From NCBI GenBank assembly GCA_020184695.1, contig JAANOX010000011.1, forward strand, positions 62,001 to 126,000: a DNA stretch of 64,000 bases, given 5' to 3'. The notes under the pieces were generated by a model, which was given only the letters and a program-made list of their open reading frames with translations, was not told the origin of the DNA and searched no databases. The position numbers were made by a program, and so were the translations under genes. Shown here in pieces: positions 43,313 through 54,666 of this stretch. How positions within the stretch are numbered: the stretch's first letter is position 1; the number at the start of each line of letters is the position of its first letter. The DNA is from Histomonas meleagridis 2922-C6/04-290x (taxonomy: Eukaryota > Protista > Parabasalia).

Positions 43313-43722
43313 TCTTTTTTTCTTTGATCAGACAGACTCCCTCAATTTAAACATTAGCAAACAAGTTTTTATACAAATACTTATGATAACTATCATCAAA
43401 AATAGCAATATACTTAAGAGCATAGATAATGCTCAGATGTTTTTTATAAAAGATTTCAGAATTTAATAATCTAATTTTTTTACAAAAGCAAAATCAATGA
43501 AAATATAACAATGTCATTAATAACACAACAACAAAAGTTATTTATTAAATTTTAAGCATATAATGTGTCGAAACTTATTTTGATTTCGTTAGAAAAACCA
43601 AATTCACCTATAAACAAGTTAAAATTCAACATTTCATGTGCACAGCTTACAAGACCCATTATTTTATAGATCTGAAGTTTGTTCTTCAAGAATAATAATT
43701 CAAAAATTAGATTTTTGATAAA

Positions 43723-44205
43723 TCAATTCTCTTCATAACTCTTTTTCATATTGTTAGTGTTGTTCATGTTTCTCTTTTTCGAAAGATAAAGTTTTTTGGT
43801 TTTGATAGGCTCGTCATTTTCATTGTGAATGTTAGAAGTCAAATAATATGGTTGTGAGCTCATAAATTGTCTGCCTTGTGAATACCTCATTTTATGTGAG
43901 GGAGAGGTTACCCAAATATTTCTTGCTGTTTTTGGTGATTCTCTGGTAATTGGAGATTCCCTTGAAGTTTTATATTTCCTTTTTGGAGTAATTGCTGTCT
44001 TGGGTCTTCTCACCATATAATTAGAATATGTTTGTTGCTTTTGATATACTGTTTTAGGCTTTTCTCCTTGAAATACTTTTTTATATGCCATCAATTTAAC
44101 TTGGTCAAACTCATCATTTAATGTTCGATTAAGTTTGTCGATGTTTATAGAGGCATCTTGATATTCTCTTGAAACATTTTTAGTGTAATTTAGGAAATTT
44201 TCCAT
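43723..44205 (-). CDS. Hypothetical basic protein
   Basis: 160-aa ATG-initiated ORF with no recognised domain. Confidence 0.5.
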   Translation of the reverse strand: MENFLNYTKNVSREYQDASINIDKLNRTLNDEFDQVKLMAYKKVFQGEKPKTVYQKQQTYSNYMVRRPKTAITPKRKYKTSRESPITRESPKTARNIWVTSPSHKMRYSQGRQFMSSQPYYLTSNIHNENDEPIKTKKLYLSKKRNMNNTNNMKKSYEEN

Positions 44206-44272
44206 TTTCGTTCATATGAACGAAATTGACAATCTTTGTTCAAACAAAAATTTGTGTTAAAAAAAAGAATTT

Positions 44273-44758
44273 TTACCAAGTTTCACGGAATGGTGTGAAG
44301 CAAACAGCTTTGATAACATCTGGTTTCACAACATGGGCTTCCTTTGGCTGAGCAGGAAGACGTTTCAAAGCTGATTTGTCAAGTTTAATGCCCTTTTCTT
44401 TAGCTTCTTTCTTAAGCTTTTGTGTTTGGGCAACTCGGTTCTTAAAATCATCTCTGCACTTTGAATGTTGGATGTGTTCTGTACGGACATATATGCGCTT
44501 TGGTGCAATATGATTATTGACACGGCGATAAATCAAAAGACCAACTGCATGTGGTGAAACGTTCCAAACTGTACCTGTACGGCCATTGTAAAGACGATGT
44601 GGCATACCCTTCATGACAGCTGAGTTGACATGAACATCAACAATGTCGCCAATTCTGAAAGTTCGAAGTTGTTGTGAAGGAGCTGGCATTCCATGCTTTC
44701 TGAACTTACGAGCAAAGAGGTAACGCGTTCCCCAACGGAGGCCTGCTGTGTGACCCAT
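44273..44758 (-). CDS. RPL21: 60S ribosomal protein L21 (eL21)
   Basis: MGHTAGLRWGTRYLFARKFRKHG, GDIVDV, GMPHRLYNGRTG, RIYVRTEHIQHS. Confidence 0.95.
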   Translation of the reverse strand: MGHTAGLRWGTRYLFARKFRKHGMPAPSQQLRTFRIGDIVDVHVNSAVMKGMPHRLYNGRTGTVWNVSPHAVGLLIYRRVNNHIAPKRIYVRTEHIQHSKCRDDFKNRVAQTQKLKKEAKEKGIKLDKSALKRLPAQPKEAHVVKPDVIKAVCFTPFRETW

Positions 44759-44766
44759 TTTCCAGC

Positions 44767-44787
44767 GAAGGATAGGCCATAACCGCT
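44767..44787 (-). promoter_or_regulatory. M3-like AGCGGTTA plus M5-like CCTTC upstream of RPL21
   Basis: AGCGGTTA (44787-44780) and CCTTC (44771-44767) just 5' of the ATG. The M3+M5 pairing is described for T. vaginalis ribosomal protein promoters. Confidence 0.45.
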
Positions 44788-45162
44788 AAAAAGGAGGTTT
44801 TGACAATATATATTGTGGTTTCTAGATTTGATTAATATAACTTTATCTAAATTATTTTAGAACAATTATAAAGCATAAAATTGCAATCATAAAGATTTGC
44901 TTGAAAAAAAAAATAAGATCAAGGAAAATTTAAGATTGGATCCAATTCATTTAACAAGACAAAGCATTTACCATGAACAACATAGTTTAAGGTAACTTTA
45001 TTGAGCTTGACTTTCCGAAATTTAATATAAAAAACATGTATTCTTAAGAATTATAGTAAAATCAGTGTTGTTTTGCTCAAGGTGAAGTCCTTGAACTTGT
45101 TAATGGAGTGCTGATGGAGTTAGGAAAAAATTCCTGGATAGATTGAAAATTATTAATGCAAA

Positions 45163-45573
45163 TTATTCAATTTTTGACCGACTTTTTACGTGTTTAATAT
45201 TTTTATTGGAGCTCTGTGGTTTTTTACATTTAGATTGCTCTAAAAAGAAATTTCGTTGTTGAAGATTTTCTATGGTTTTCTTTAACTCATATATTCTCTC
45301 TAACATTGAATCTTGTAGATATGTTGATTGTTCTACATAATCGTCAAATTGTCTTCTAAGAGATTTTACTGTATTTTGAAATGCAATTTCCATATTACGA
45401 ATTTGCCTAGTATTTTCTAAAATTATTTCATCTCGGGGATCCTTTGAATTTAGTTTAATTTTTGTCGTTTCCCCTACCTTATTAGGCTTTTCTTTAGCTA
45501 AAGATTTCATCTTCCTTTTAACGTTTTCTGAAAAAGTCTTAAAAAAAATGAATAATTTCACCATATCTAACAT
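45163..45573 (-). CDS. Hypothetical coiled-coil protein
   Basis: Heptad-like central region; the real start may be the downstream MKSLAK after TCATTTT. Confidence 0.5.
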   Translation of the reverse strand: MLDMVKLFIFFKTFSENVKRKMKSLAKEKPNKVGETTKIKLNSKDPRDEIILENTRQIRNMEIAFQNTVKSLRRQFDDYVEQSTYLQDSMLERIYELKKTIENLQQRNFFLEQSKCKKPQSSNKNIKHVKSRSKIE

Positions 45574-45798
45574 AGATTGAAAAACGAAACAGGTTTATAA
45601 ATGAATTTTCAGCCACAACACTTGTGCATGAAATAATTCAATTTACATTAATCAATGAAAACATATTAATATGATTGAAATCCATATTGGTTACATGGTA
45701 TGTTATAGCTCCAATATAAAATTTCTCATGCAGATTACGCAAAAAATAATCAGCAATTCTAAAAACATTTTTCAATCATTCTTTATTATTTAGTGGTA

Positions 45799-47815
45799 TT
45801 AGTTTTTATCCATATTGCCAAACCCACTAAACTTCGTTTTACCTTTGATATCTTTAATATTGATTTCCATTCCTTTTTGTTTAAGTAATAATTTTACATC
45901 ATTATCATTATCTTTTCGTTTTGCTTTCATAAATGCGGTTTCAAGTCATAATAATAAACTCCAAAAATAAATTATAAACATCATAATCTTTAGCATTAAT
46001 ATCTATTTCTTCGTGTTCAAGTAGTAACTCAACAATTTTAATATAATCTAATTCACATGCAATCATAAGTTGTGTATAAAATATTTTAAATAATTTCCGA
46101 ATATAATTTTGAGATTTTATATTAATGAAATAAACTGAAAATAAAACAAAGAAATAGTTTTAGTATTAATACCTTCAAGTCTAAGAAGTAATTTAACAAT
46201 TTCAAGTCGACCATTTAATGTTGCTAGAAGAAGTGCTTTATTAAATGTATTAAATAATTTCGAATTATAAAATTGAAATTTCAAAATAGAAAAACAAATA
46301 TTTCTATTTAAATTATTAATTCCTTTTCGAAAAGGAATCATTAATGTATAAGTCAAAAACTTTTTTATGTCCATTTAATATACCTAATATAAAAAGTGTT
46401 TTAAATACTATAAAAAAACATCAAATATTATAATAAAGTAAAAAATTATTAAAATATATCATCGATATTAATATCAATTCCTTGATATTCTAGTAATAAC
46501 TTTACTATATCTATATTACTTCTTGATGCTGCATGCATTAAAGCTGTTCTAAATAATGTAAGTAAATACCAAATTCAAATTATTAATAAGTTCTTTGAAA
46601 ATTTTATTTTGTCGACATTCTAATGATTTCATAGTTGAAGCTTTAAATGTATTAAATATATATCAAATATTATGATAAATATCAAAACAATGAAATAAAT
46701 ATTAAAAGATTCAAATAAGTTCCTTTAGAAGTTACATAAAATCCTGTTTTTTCTAGAATATATTTAACAAGTTCGAAGTTTCCTGATTCAGAAGCGTCTA
46801 TTAAAATATTATCTGGCATTTGATTATCATGGAGAAAATGTTTCACAAGATATAAGTTGCCATCAAATACTGCTTCGTTGACTATTTTTTGCTTGATTTT
46901 CATTCCTTCATTCATTAAAAACGAAAGAATCTCATAATTACCATTCTTAATACATGGATAACTTAATAAATCAAGTTCTGGTTCTTTGATCTTCGTACGA
47001 AGTGTAGGCATGAAAAAAGGTGTATTTTCATTATTACCAAAGTATATATACTAAAGGGTACCTGAAAACTATTACTTGTGTTGATGTTTCCTTGTGGTGA
47101 AAATTGATTATTAATATTTGGATTCCCAAATGATGTGTTATTTACATTAAATTGTAAGATTGAGTGATTATTGGTATTTAATTGGAAAGTGGGTGGTCTA
47201 AATAAAGCTGATGTTGTTGTTTGAGTCAAACTTTTTGACTTCATTTTTAATTATTTAATTATTTTTCTAATAATTCGATTTTATTTTCATAAAGATAATA
47301 AAAAATATCATTTTTGTGTAATTCGATTGCTGTTTCATATGCATCTTCAAATGTTGAATAATTTTGTTCACATAAATGAATAATTTCTACATTTCCACCT
47401 GCAATTGCATATTTACCTGTATTTTTCACTTTTGCACCATTCATAAGTAAATATTTAAAACATTTAACTGAAGAAAAAAATACTGCATAATCAATTAATG
47501 TAACATTTTCTGTGTTAATAAATGAACATCTTTCATAAAGTGATGGTTCAATTGTTTGATTAAAATTAAAGTTTTCTTGTGATTTAAATTACATATAATA
47601 AACTAGACCGCAAATTACAAAATTATATGTAAACGGATTTTTTGAATCAAATAAATCATAGTTCGTTTAATTGACAATGCAAGATTATCTTGGTTTAGTT
47701 CAGAAATTATTTGCATGAGTGAATTTAATATTTGAAAATATATTGAATTAGGACTTGATTCATTTTCGTTCTTTGAATCGTTTGTTGGATTGACTATGAT
47801 TGGGTTGGTGTACAT
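45799..47815 (-). pseudogene. Rearranged, degenerate paralog of the DUF3447-ankyrin gene
   Basis: YAIAGGNVEIIHLCEQ and DASESGNFELVKYILEK match 36583-37959. Internal deletion, an inserted N/F/S-rich segment, and spacer-interrupted ankyrin units with frameshifts. Confidence 0.7.
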
Positions 47816-48033
47816 AGAAAAATAAAGAAGACGATACCTATTTGTATGGCATTATTAAATTAAGAGAAACTTGGCAGCATTAAAAAAAAATTTTATGTAC
47901 TTTACAAAGAAGTAAATATTTCAAATATTTTGCCACATCACGAATTCTGGAATTCAGAAAATTTTAAATTGAATTAAAATTCACAAACACAATTGACACT
48001 TTTAATTCAACTTACCCAAATCAATTGGTTTGT

Positions 48034-49158
48034 ATGGAATCATCAAATCATTCTGTTTTCCCAAAGGATAAAGAAGATGATGATTACGTTGATTCGTGGT
48101 ATCATCTAATTTCCGATTTAACATTCAAAACGTGGACGTTCCACTTTGATCTTGAAGAGGGTGCACTTCTTCATCGTCTAACAAGATGCACAATTGGAAA
48201 TAAAAGTATTACTGAAGAAGATCAATCTGCATTCAATGTTTTTCTATCCAAAGTTTCTGGTTTTTTTAAACAAGTCAAATCAGAATGTTCATCTGATTCC
48301 GGATTTTTTCTACGTCTTGGTAGTCGTTCATTTAAAGATGCGGTATTTTATGGTGAACTATCTAGTCAACGCTTTGAGAATTTGCTTTATACGAAATATT
48401 TATTAGAATATAATTCTTTGAATTTTCAAACTCGTGAAGATAAAATTTCGTGGGTCAATCAGAAGAATAGCATGCAAGATCTTTATTATTTTACTGAATG
48501 TGACATTAAGGCTCTTAAGTGTCATACTCTTAAAGAAATGTTTGATTTATTTTTCAATAGTGAACGCATTTTAATCGACTTAGGGCGCGAGCTTAAGCAT
48601 GAAAAGCCCAATTTCAGCCTAAACTTCCGACTTTGGGAAGATCGATTATTCGATCATCTTGAATTTCGAGGTTTTGTATATCATCATAAACTTTGTGCTT
48701 TAACGCAATATGACAATCGCCAATTTTTTAAAGATGTCTATGACTCCAAAGAACTAATCCAAAAATCGATTCAAGAATATTATGAAACAAAAGTTCGTCC
48801 ACGAATTGACACAGCAAATTCTCCATTTGTAGAAGGCACATATGTGATTGATTTTGGTATAATTTTTAAGAATAAAAATGAGGTTGAGGTTCTAGTGATT
48901 GAGATAAATCGATATCAACAAACAACTGGTGCATCATTGTTTGATTGGAAAAATGATATCGACGTGTTAACAGGCAAAAAAGAATTCGAATTTCGTATTG
49001 TGAATGAGCATCAATATGATAATGTTGACTATGATACACAAGTATACCCTGAGATGAATGAGATAAAGAAAAGAGTAAAGGCAAGAATAGTCAATGAGAA
49101 TAAATCATTCATCGAAAGATGGATCACATGGAGAGAAGATGTGACCCCTTTAGATTGA
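48034..49158 (+). CDS. Cdc123-like ATP-grasp protein (R2K-type)
   Basis: FFLRLGSRSFKDA, EFRGFVY, ALTQY, YVIDFG, VIEIN, TGASLFDW. Confidence 0.7.
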   Translation: MESSNHSVFPKDKEDDDYVDSWYHLISDLTFKTWTFHFDLEEGALLHRLTRCTIGNKSITEEDQSAFNVFLSKVSGFFKQVKSECSSDSGFFLRLGSRSFKDAVFYGELSSQRFENLLYTKYLLEYNSLNFQTREDKISWVNQKNSMQDLYYFTECDIKALKCHTLKEMFDLFFNSERILIDLGRELKHEKPNFSLNFRLWEDRLFDHLEFRGFVYHHKLCALTQYDNRQFFKDVYDSKELIQKSIQEYYETKVRPRIDTANSPFVEGTYVIDFGIIFKNKNEVEVLVIEINRYQQTTGASLFDWKNDIDVLTGKKEFEFRIVNEHQYDNVDYDTQVYPEMNEIKKRVKARIVNENKSFIERWITWREDVTPLD

Positions 49159-49975
49159 TATGAGTAAAATGTTTTTCATATTGAATTTGTTTTTCAAATT
49201 TACTAATTGCATAATTTCACATATAATTTCATTTTCAACGAACTTTCTCATGTAGAATTTTAAAATTGTGATTTGATGAAATTCCTCAAACTTATATATA
49301 AAAATTCATAAAGTAAAATACAAATTCGATTTCATTACCAGATAGCTTTCATTTACAATATATGTACGTGACAAAATGAGTGCTTTCATCTTATAAGATT
49401 AATCTCAACAAACTCAATTTTCTATCATATGCTATAAGTAACAATTAATATTTGATGAATTTTGATCAAATTGATATCTTTTGCATAAGAATCTCAAGTC
49501 ATGTTTGCCGTGAAAAACCTGAAGAACGACAATATGAATTTTTATATAGTTTGTTAGCAAATTTTAACATATCTTCATTCCCAAAAATATTTTTTGATTA
49601 ATATATTATAAGAAACAAGAATGCTCTTTGCTTTGACCACAAACAAAAAGAAGTTTTATAATTATATTAACTCAATGAGAAATAGTTATGAGCTTCTATA
49701 AAAGTTAAGAGTAGATTAAGAATATTGCGGGATGTAAAACATGATCATTTAATATTTTTAAAAAACATATGAATCATTAGAATATGTATAATAAATTAAG
49801 ATTTTTAATTTGAAAAAAAAAAAAAAAAATTTATATTAATATAAAATAAGAAAAAATTCAAAGTTAACTATCAAAAACATTCGCAATTTGTCGTTGTTAC
49901 TAATGGGCGTTCGAATGCGCATTTTCCTTATGCTAAAACGAAATAATTTACTATATCCTTTTTGTTGTTTACTGA

Positions 49976-51757
49976 CTACACTCTCGTCATACGTACTTCG
50001 TTAAGTATGCTCGATGCCTCCTTAAGCGCTTTGATCAATTCGACGCACTTCTTCCTTCTTGCTGCGACTTCGGGATCCTCTGTGAGATTAGGCTTCAACA
50101 CGAGTCTCTTGAACAGCTCATGTCTCAAGTATTCAGTTGATTGCTTAATGAGAATTCGATGTACACCTTTTGCGATTTGATCTTCGACTTCTCTACGACA
50201 AATTAAGAAATATCTTTCAGCCAATTCGAGAAGAAGTTCAACATTACTTTGTAATGATCCACTTTGTAAATGCGCTTTTGTCTTTTCTTTAAATGTTGGA
50301 TGTTCAGAGTTAATATATGCTTCTTGTGTATCAATGAAATCCTTAATAAATGTTGTGCATTCTTCAAGTGTTTCCTTGGTAATGTCTAATATCGATTGCG
50401 ATAAAAGAGCTTTCGCTTTTGGAAATCGATCTAATTCAGCAAGGTGAACTTTTTCGTGTAACTCCATCAAACGGTGGTGCACCATTTCAGCGGCTTCAAT
50501 TGAAGGGGCTCTCAATTTTTCAATGTATTCGATCGTTAACCGTGTGAATGTTGCCTCGGGGAAGAACAATGCCCTTTGAATGCCACTGTTAGCCTCAATC
50601 ATGTTAGCTACATCTTCTCTCTTCATAGTAGTTGGTAATGGGATGGTGTTTAACTTTGCTGGGAAATCATTAACAAGATAACTCATCAAATAATAACCAC
50701 CATCTATACCTGTAGCTCTTAATTCATCCGAAGTACCAAGCAATAATGAGTTGTAGATAGACAAATAGTGCTCAATCATCTTATATAAAAGCATTTGTTG
50801 TTCTTCAATATTATCACCAAAAGTTTCGCCATACCCTTCAAGTTCAGCCTTCTTACGTCTTAGCAATTCATTTATTTCGTTATGAACGGATGGAAGATGT
50901 TTCTTAATATGTTTCATCAAAATCTGATTAAGTGTACTTGCAAGATATGGATAACCATTAACATCAGCAATGTCTCTATAGTCATTGCTTGTTACAAAAA
51001 ATCGATGTTCTTCTTCAAGTACTTTGCTCATTGGTTTCTTCGAATTAATATCTTGTTGTGAACGATTTACAACGCCAATAAAGCCTAACTTAAGCGGATA
51101 AACTTTGTTTGTGAGAATGTCACGCGCATTTGTACCCTTATCCATAATATCGAGTTTTGTCAAAACACCAATTGTACGGTCTCCTTGTGGATCTACCTCT
51201 TTAGCAATGAGAAGGGAATCTGAGTTTGCAATATCGGTGTTCGCTGGTGAAATGGCGAGAATGATGGAATTTTCAGGTTTGATATATTTAAGTACCATGT
51301 TACGGATAAGTTGTGGAAGGTCGTGGGATTGTCCTTCGGTTGCTACTTTTGTTAAACCTGGAAGATCGACCAATGTAAGATTTAAAACATTGGGAGAATA
51401 AACTTTAAGATTAATTGGTGCATCGGTAACACCTTTATCATGGCATACACGCTCAGTTTCGTCTTCAATTTCTTTACGAACAAGATCGAAATTTGTAAAC
51501 TTTTTATCAGGAAGATGAAGAAAATAGGCATATTCTTCTGGTGTATTTGTATGGATAAGTTGGAGAATTAAAGGACGACGTGTTACAATTCCTGAACCAC
51601 GAGGGAGGAAATCTTTTTGAACCAATGATTCTAAAACAGATGATTTACCACAACTTTGGCATCCGACAACAACAATTTGTGGGAGATGAATTGAGTCATT
51701 TCCAACTCTTGTAAAAACATCTTGAAGCTTATTTAAAACAGGGATTAAGGTTTGCAT
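49976..51757 (-). CDS. Dynamin-related protein (Vps1/Drp-like)
   Basis: PQIVVVGCQSCGKSSVLE, LPRGSGIVTRRPL, DLPG, TKLD, C-terminal GED. ATG at 51757 (MQTLIP). Confidence 0.93.
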   Translation of the reverse strand: MQTLIPVLNKLQDVFTRVGNDSIHLPQIVVVGCQSCGKSSVLESLVQKDFLPRGSGIVTRRPLILQLIHTNTPEEYAYFLHLPDKKFTNFDLVRKEIEDETERVCHDKGVTDAPINLKVYSPNVLNLTLVDLPGLTKVATEGQSHDLPQLIRNMVLKYIKPENSIILAISPANTDIANSDSLLIAKEVDPQGDRTIGVLTKLDIMDKGTNARDILTNKVYPLKLGFIGVVNRSQQDINSKKPMSKVLEEEHRFFVTSNDYRDIADVNGYPYLASTLNQILMKHIKKHLPSVHNEINELLRRKKAELEGYGETFGDNIEEQQMLLYKMIEHYLSIYNSLLLGTSDELRATGIDGGYYLMSYLVNDFPAKLNTIPLPTTMKREDVANMIEANSGIQRALFFPEATFTRLTIEYIEKLRAPSIEAAEMVHHRLMELHEKVHLAELDRFPKAKALLSQSILDITKETLEECTTFIKDFIDTQEAYINSEHPTFKEKTKAHLQSGSLQSNVELLLELAERYFLICRREVEDQIAKGVHRILIKQSTEYLRHELFKRLVLKPNLTEDPEVAARRKKCVELIKALKEASSILNEVRMTRV

Positions 51758-51881
51758 AATTAAATTGGCAGTTTTAATCAATGTTTGTCAATTTTACTTA
51801 GATTGAAAGAATTTTGGCAATATTTTTCTAATTGAAATTTTTGTTGTCATTGGCACTTTTTGATAATTTGACTTAGAGAAA

Positions 51882-53090
51882 ATGGATGCCGATTTAATGT
51901 GGGGATATGTTGAACAAAATCTTTACACAGATCTTACACTTGAAATTAGTGGGAATCAATATAAATGTCATAAGGTTGTTTTAGCTTCAACTAAAGGTTA
52001 TTTCGAAGATATTTTTACTTCTAATTTTTCTGAAGCTAATAGTGACTATGTAATAATTCGTATCCCAGATGAAGGTGAAGTTTTCAAATATATTTTGAAA
52101 TATATTTATACCAAAGATACATCATTTATTCAACCAAAAAATATGATTTTTATATTGGTGCTTGCAAAATATTTCCGATTAAATGAACTTATGCAGGCAG
52201 TCGAAAATAAACTAACTAAAAACTTAGCAGATGATGCTATTCTTGAAATTGTCGAATCAATAACAAAATGTATGTTCCAAATCGTCCCACAAAACTTATT
52301 TGATTCCATTGCATCCAAGTTTTATTTATTTTCATCAAATGATAACATCATGAATTTATCAAAAAATAATGTACTTCAAATCATCCAAAATCCCAACCTA
52401 AAAGTAGCATCCGAAGTTCAACTAGCATCATGGATTGTTACATATGGTAAATCATATGATTTAGATGAATCATTTTACAAACAAGCCACAAATTATATCC
52501 AATGGCAAATGTTATCTCCACAAGAGCTTGAAAATTTCGACCATAGCTTACTTATTACTAATGGTTTTCATGATTCAATTTGTAATGGATATGAAGCCAG
52601 TAAACGTCGAGCGCCAGGGTTTGCCAAAATCCAAATCGCTCTAAATTCTGTCATGCAACAAAAAACATTTAAATTATTTAATCGTTATGAACCACCACTT
52701 GTCACGTTTTTCAAAGATGTCCCTGATTTCTTTGTTACTCCAGGTCGATACAAGTGTCAAACCAAAGGGATGTTATCTAATCAAGTTCCTGTTGAAGGTC
52801 GGATAACATTTCTTCGGGATTATTTAGGATGTTTTACAGAAGTCGAACTTGTCACCTCATACTTCAATGTCAACAACGTATCCATCGAGCTTGTTTCTCA
52901 TGATGGAATTAAGACGCCATACGTGATCAGGCCAACGCATTCCAAAGGCAACACACGCTTCCACGCGACTTTTGAGACCAAAACCGGCATCCGGACGGTT
53001 ATTCTCAAGTTCCCCAAAGTGAAAGTCCAGCCAACTATGGTAAGTTGTAAGGTATCAGGGTTTTGGTTCCATTTAAATAAAGATGAGTAA
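51882..53090 (+). CDS. BTB/POZ (BTB-BACK-like) protein
   Basis: TDLTLEISGNQYKCHKVVLAS...FEDIFTSNFSEA...FKYILKYIYT; BACK-like SEVQL...W. Confidence 0.85.
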   Translation: MDADLMWGYVEQNLYTDLTLEISGNQYKCHKVVLASTKGYFEDIFTSNFSEANSDYVIIRIPDEGEVFKYILKYIYTKDTSFIQPKNMIFILVLAKYFRLNELMQAVENKLTKNLADDAILEIVESITKCMFQIVPQNLFDSIASKFYLFSSNDNIMNLSKNNVLQIIQNPNLKVASEVQLASWIVTYGKSYDLDESFYKQATNYIQWQMLSPQELENFDHSLLITNGFHDSICNGYEASKRRAPGFAKIQIALNSVMQQKTFKLFNRYEPPLVTFFKDVPDFFVTPGRYKCQTKGMLSNQVPVEGRITFLRDYLGCFTEVELVTSYFNVNNVSIELVSHDGIKTPYVIRPTHSKGNTRFHATFETKTGIRTVILKFPKVKVQPTMVSCKVSGFWFHLNKDE

Positions 53091-53114
53091 CAACAAATTA
53101 TTGTTTATAATAAT

Positions 53115-54666
53115 TCAAGAGGTAGCGGTCAATAAGTTTCTAATTTTCTGATAAATTATTCCTTGTTCATCTTGTGATTCACAACCGATCATCTGTAGAT
53201 GTAAACAAACTGCACCAGGAACAGTGTAATACAACTCAATAGAGAGGTATGTATCATGCTCATTCTTTTTTGCAAAAAATTGCATATCATTCGGATGAAA
53301 GAAAACAAATCCAAGTTGGTTCAAAGCGCTTTCAACATTGTTGGCAAGCATTAGAATAGGTACATTTGAAGGACCAAAGTTTTCGTTCGTTTCAAAGTTC
53401 GGTCTAAATAATGTCGGATCTACATGCATCGCCCACGGAGCTTCATGCGTAAGAGAAAACCCATCAGGAGTTGGAGAGCAGATGTTTGGTGCCTCCTGTC
53501 TGAACAAAGCGGCCTGGAAAACGGCTCCGTTAATTGATTCAAATTCATATTCGGGAATATCATTATGTGGAATTTGTGATATTGCGAACTCCCACGGAAG
53601 GCTCTCCGGTGCTATACGTCTTGCGAGCATCTTAACGAATGTCTTTACTGTGTTATTTTCCGGCATTTGAAGAGCTGAAATAATCTCTTCTTCAGTTAAA
53701 CCAATATTTAAAAATAATGTCTTGAACTCAATCGGTATTGTGGAAGGATCAATTTGAGCAGAATAATCGGTGAATGGGATCGGAGACGGAACAATATATG
53801 TCGATGGCAAACCGTACCTAAAAGCGATATGATGCTTGATTTCTTCGATCGTAATGCGCTTGGTGGGGTCAACAGTCATCATTCTACGAATTAAATCTTT
53901 GATATTTGGATCAAATTCCGGCATGTGGAAAAAGCCTTTTTTGACCTTGGCAAGAAGATTACGGATCGATGGATCATCAAATGGTAAATATCCCTATGTG
54001 TTAGTTCAAGTTATATAATCATTTTCAGAGAAAATGATTATCGAAACATACTGCAAGTAAAGCAAATAAGATTACACCAGCACTCCAAATGTCGGCACAA
54101 CGTCCATCGTATGGAAGCCCTCGTATTACTTCGGGGGCTGCATAATGAGGAGAACCACAAGATGTATCTGCAATATTTAATTTCATCCAGCGAGCAAAAC
54201 CAAAATCTGCGATCTTGATTTGCCCATTCCCATCAATAAGAATGTTCTCTGGTTTAAGATCACGATGACAAATTGAAAGAGAATGAAGATAATCAATTCC
54301 ATATATTATCTGACGAAAGATATTAAGCGCTTCATCTTGTGGAAGTGTTTGAGAACGAACAAGGTAATCAAAGAGTTCTCCATTTTCTGCATACTCAAGT
54401 ACAAGATGAAGATGTCTTGGACTTTCAAGTACTTCTTTAAGCTTTATTATGTGTGGGTGATTTAAGAGCTTCATGAGGGCAATTTCGCGTTGGATTTTCT
54501 TTTCTAGATTTGGCTTTTGGATAAAGTGTGATTTTTTGATAATTTTTATAGCAACTAATTCTTCAGTCTGACAGTGCTGAGCAAGTTTTACTTTGCATGT
54601 TGAACCAGTTCCAATTGTTTGTAAGAGAATATAATCCCCAATTCTTACTTCCTTTTGATGTGACAT
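53115..54666 (-). CDS. CAMK-family (BRSK/SNF1-related) Ser/Thr kinase, two exons 54666-54052 and 53993-53115
   Basis: GTGSTCKV, HRDLKPEN, DFG, TSCGSPHYAAPE. After splicing it reads ALLA|GYLPFDDPSIRNLLAKVK. Confidence 0.93.
53994..54051 (-). other. Canonical parabasalid-type spliceosomal intron, 58 nt
   Basis: GTATGT...ACTAACACATAG; removal restores the kinase LxGxLPFDD motif in frame. Confidence 0.95.
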
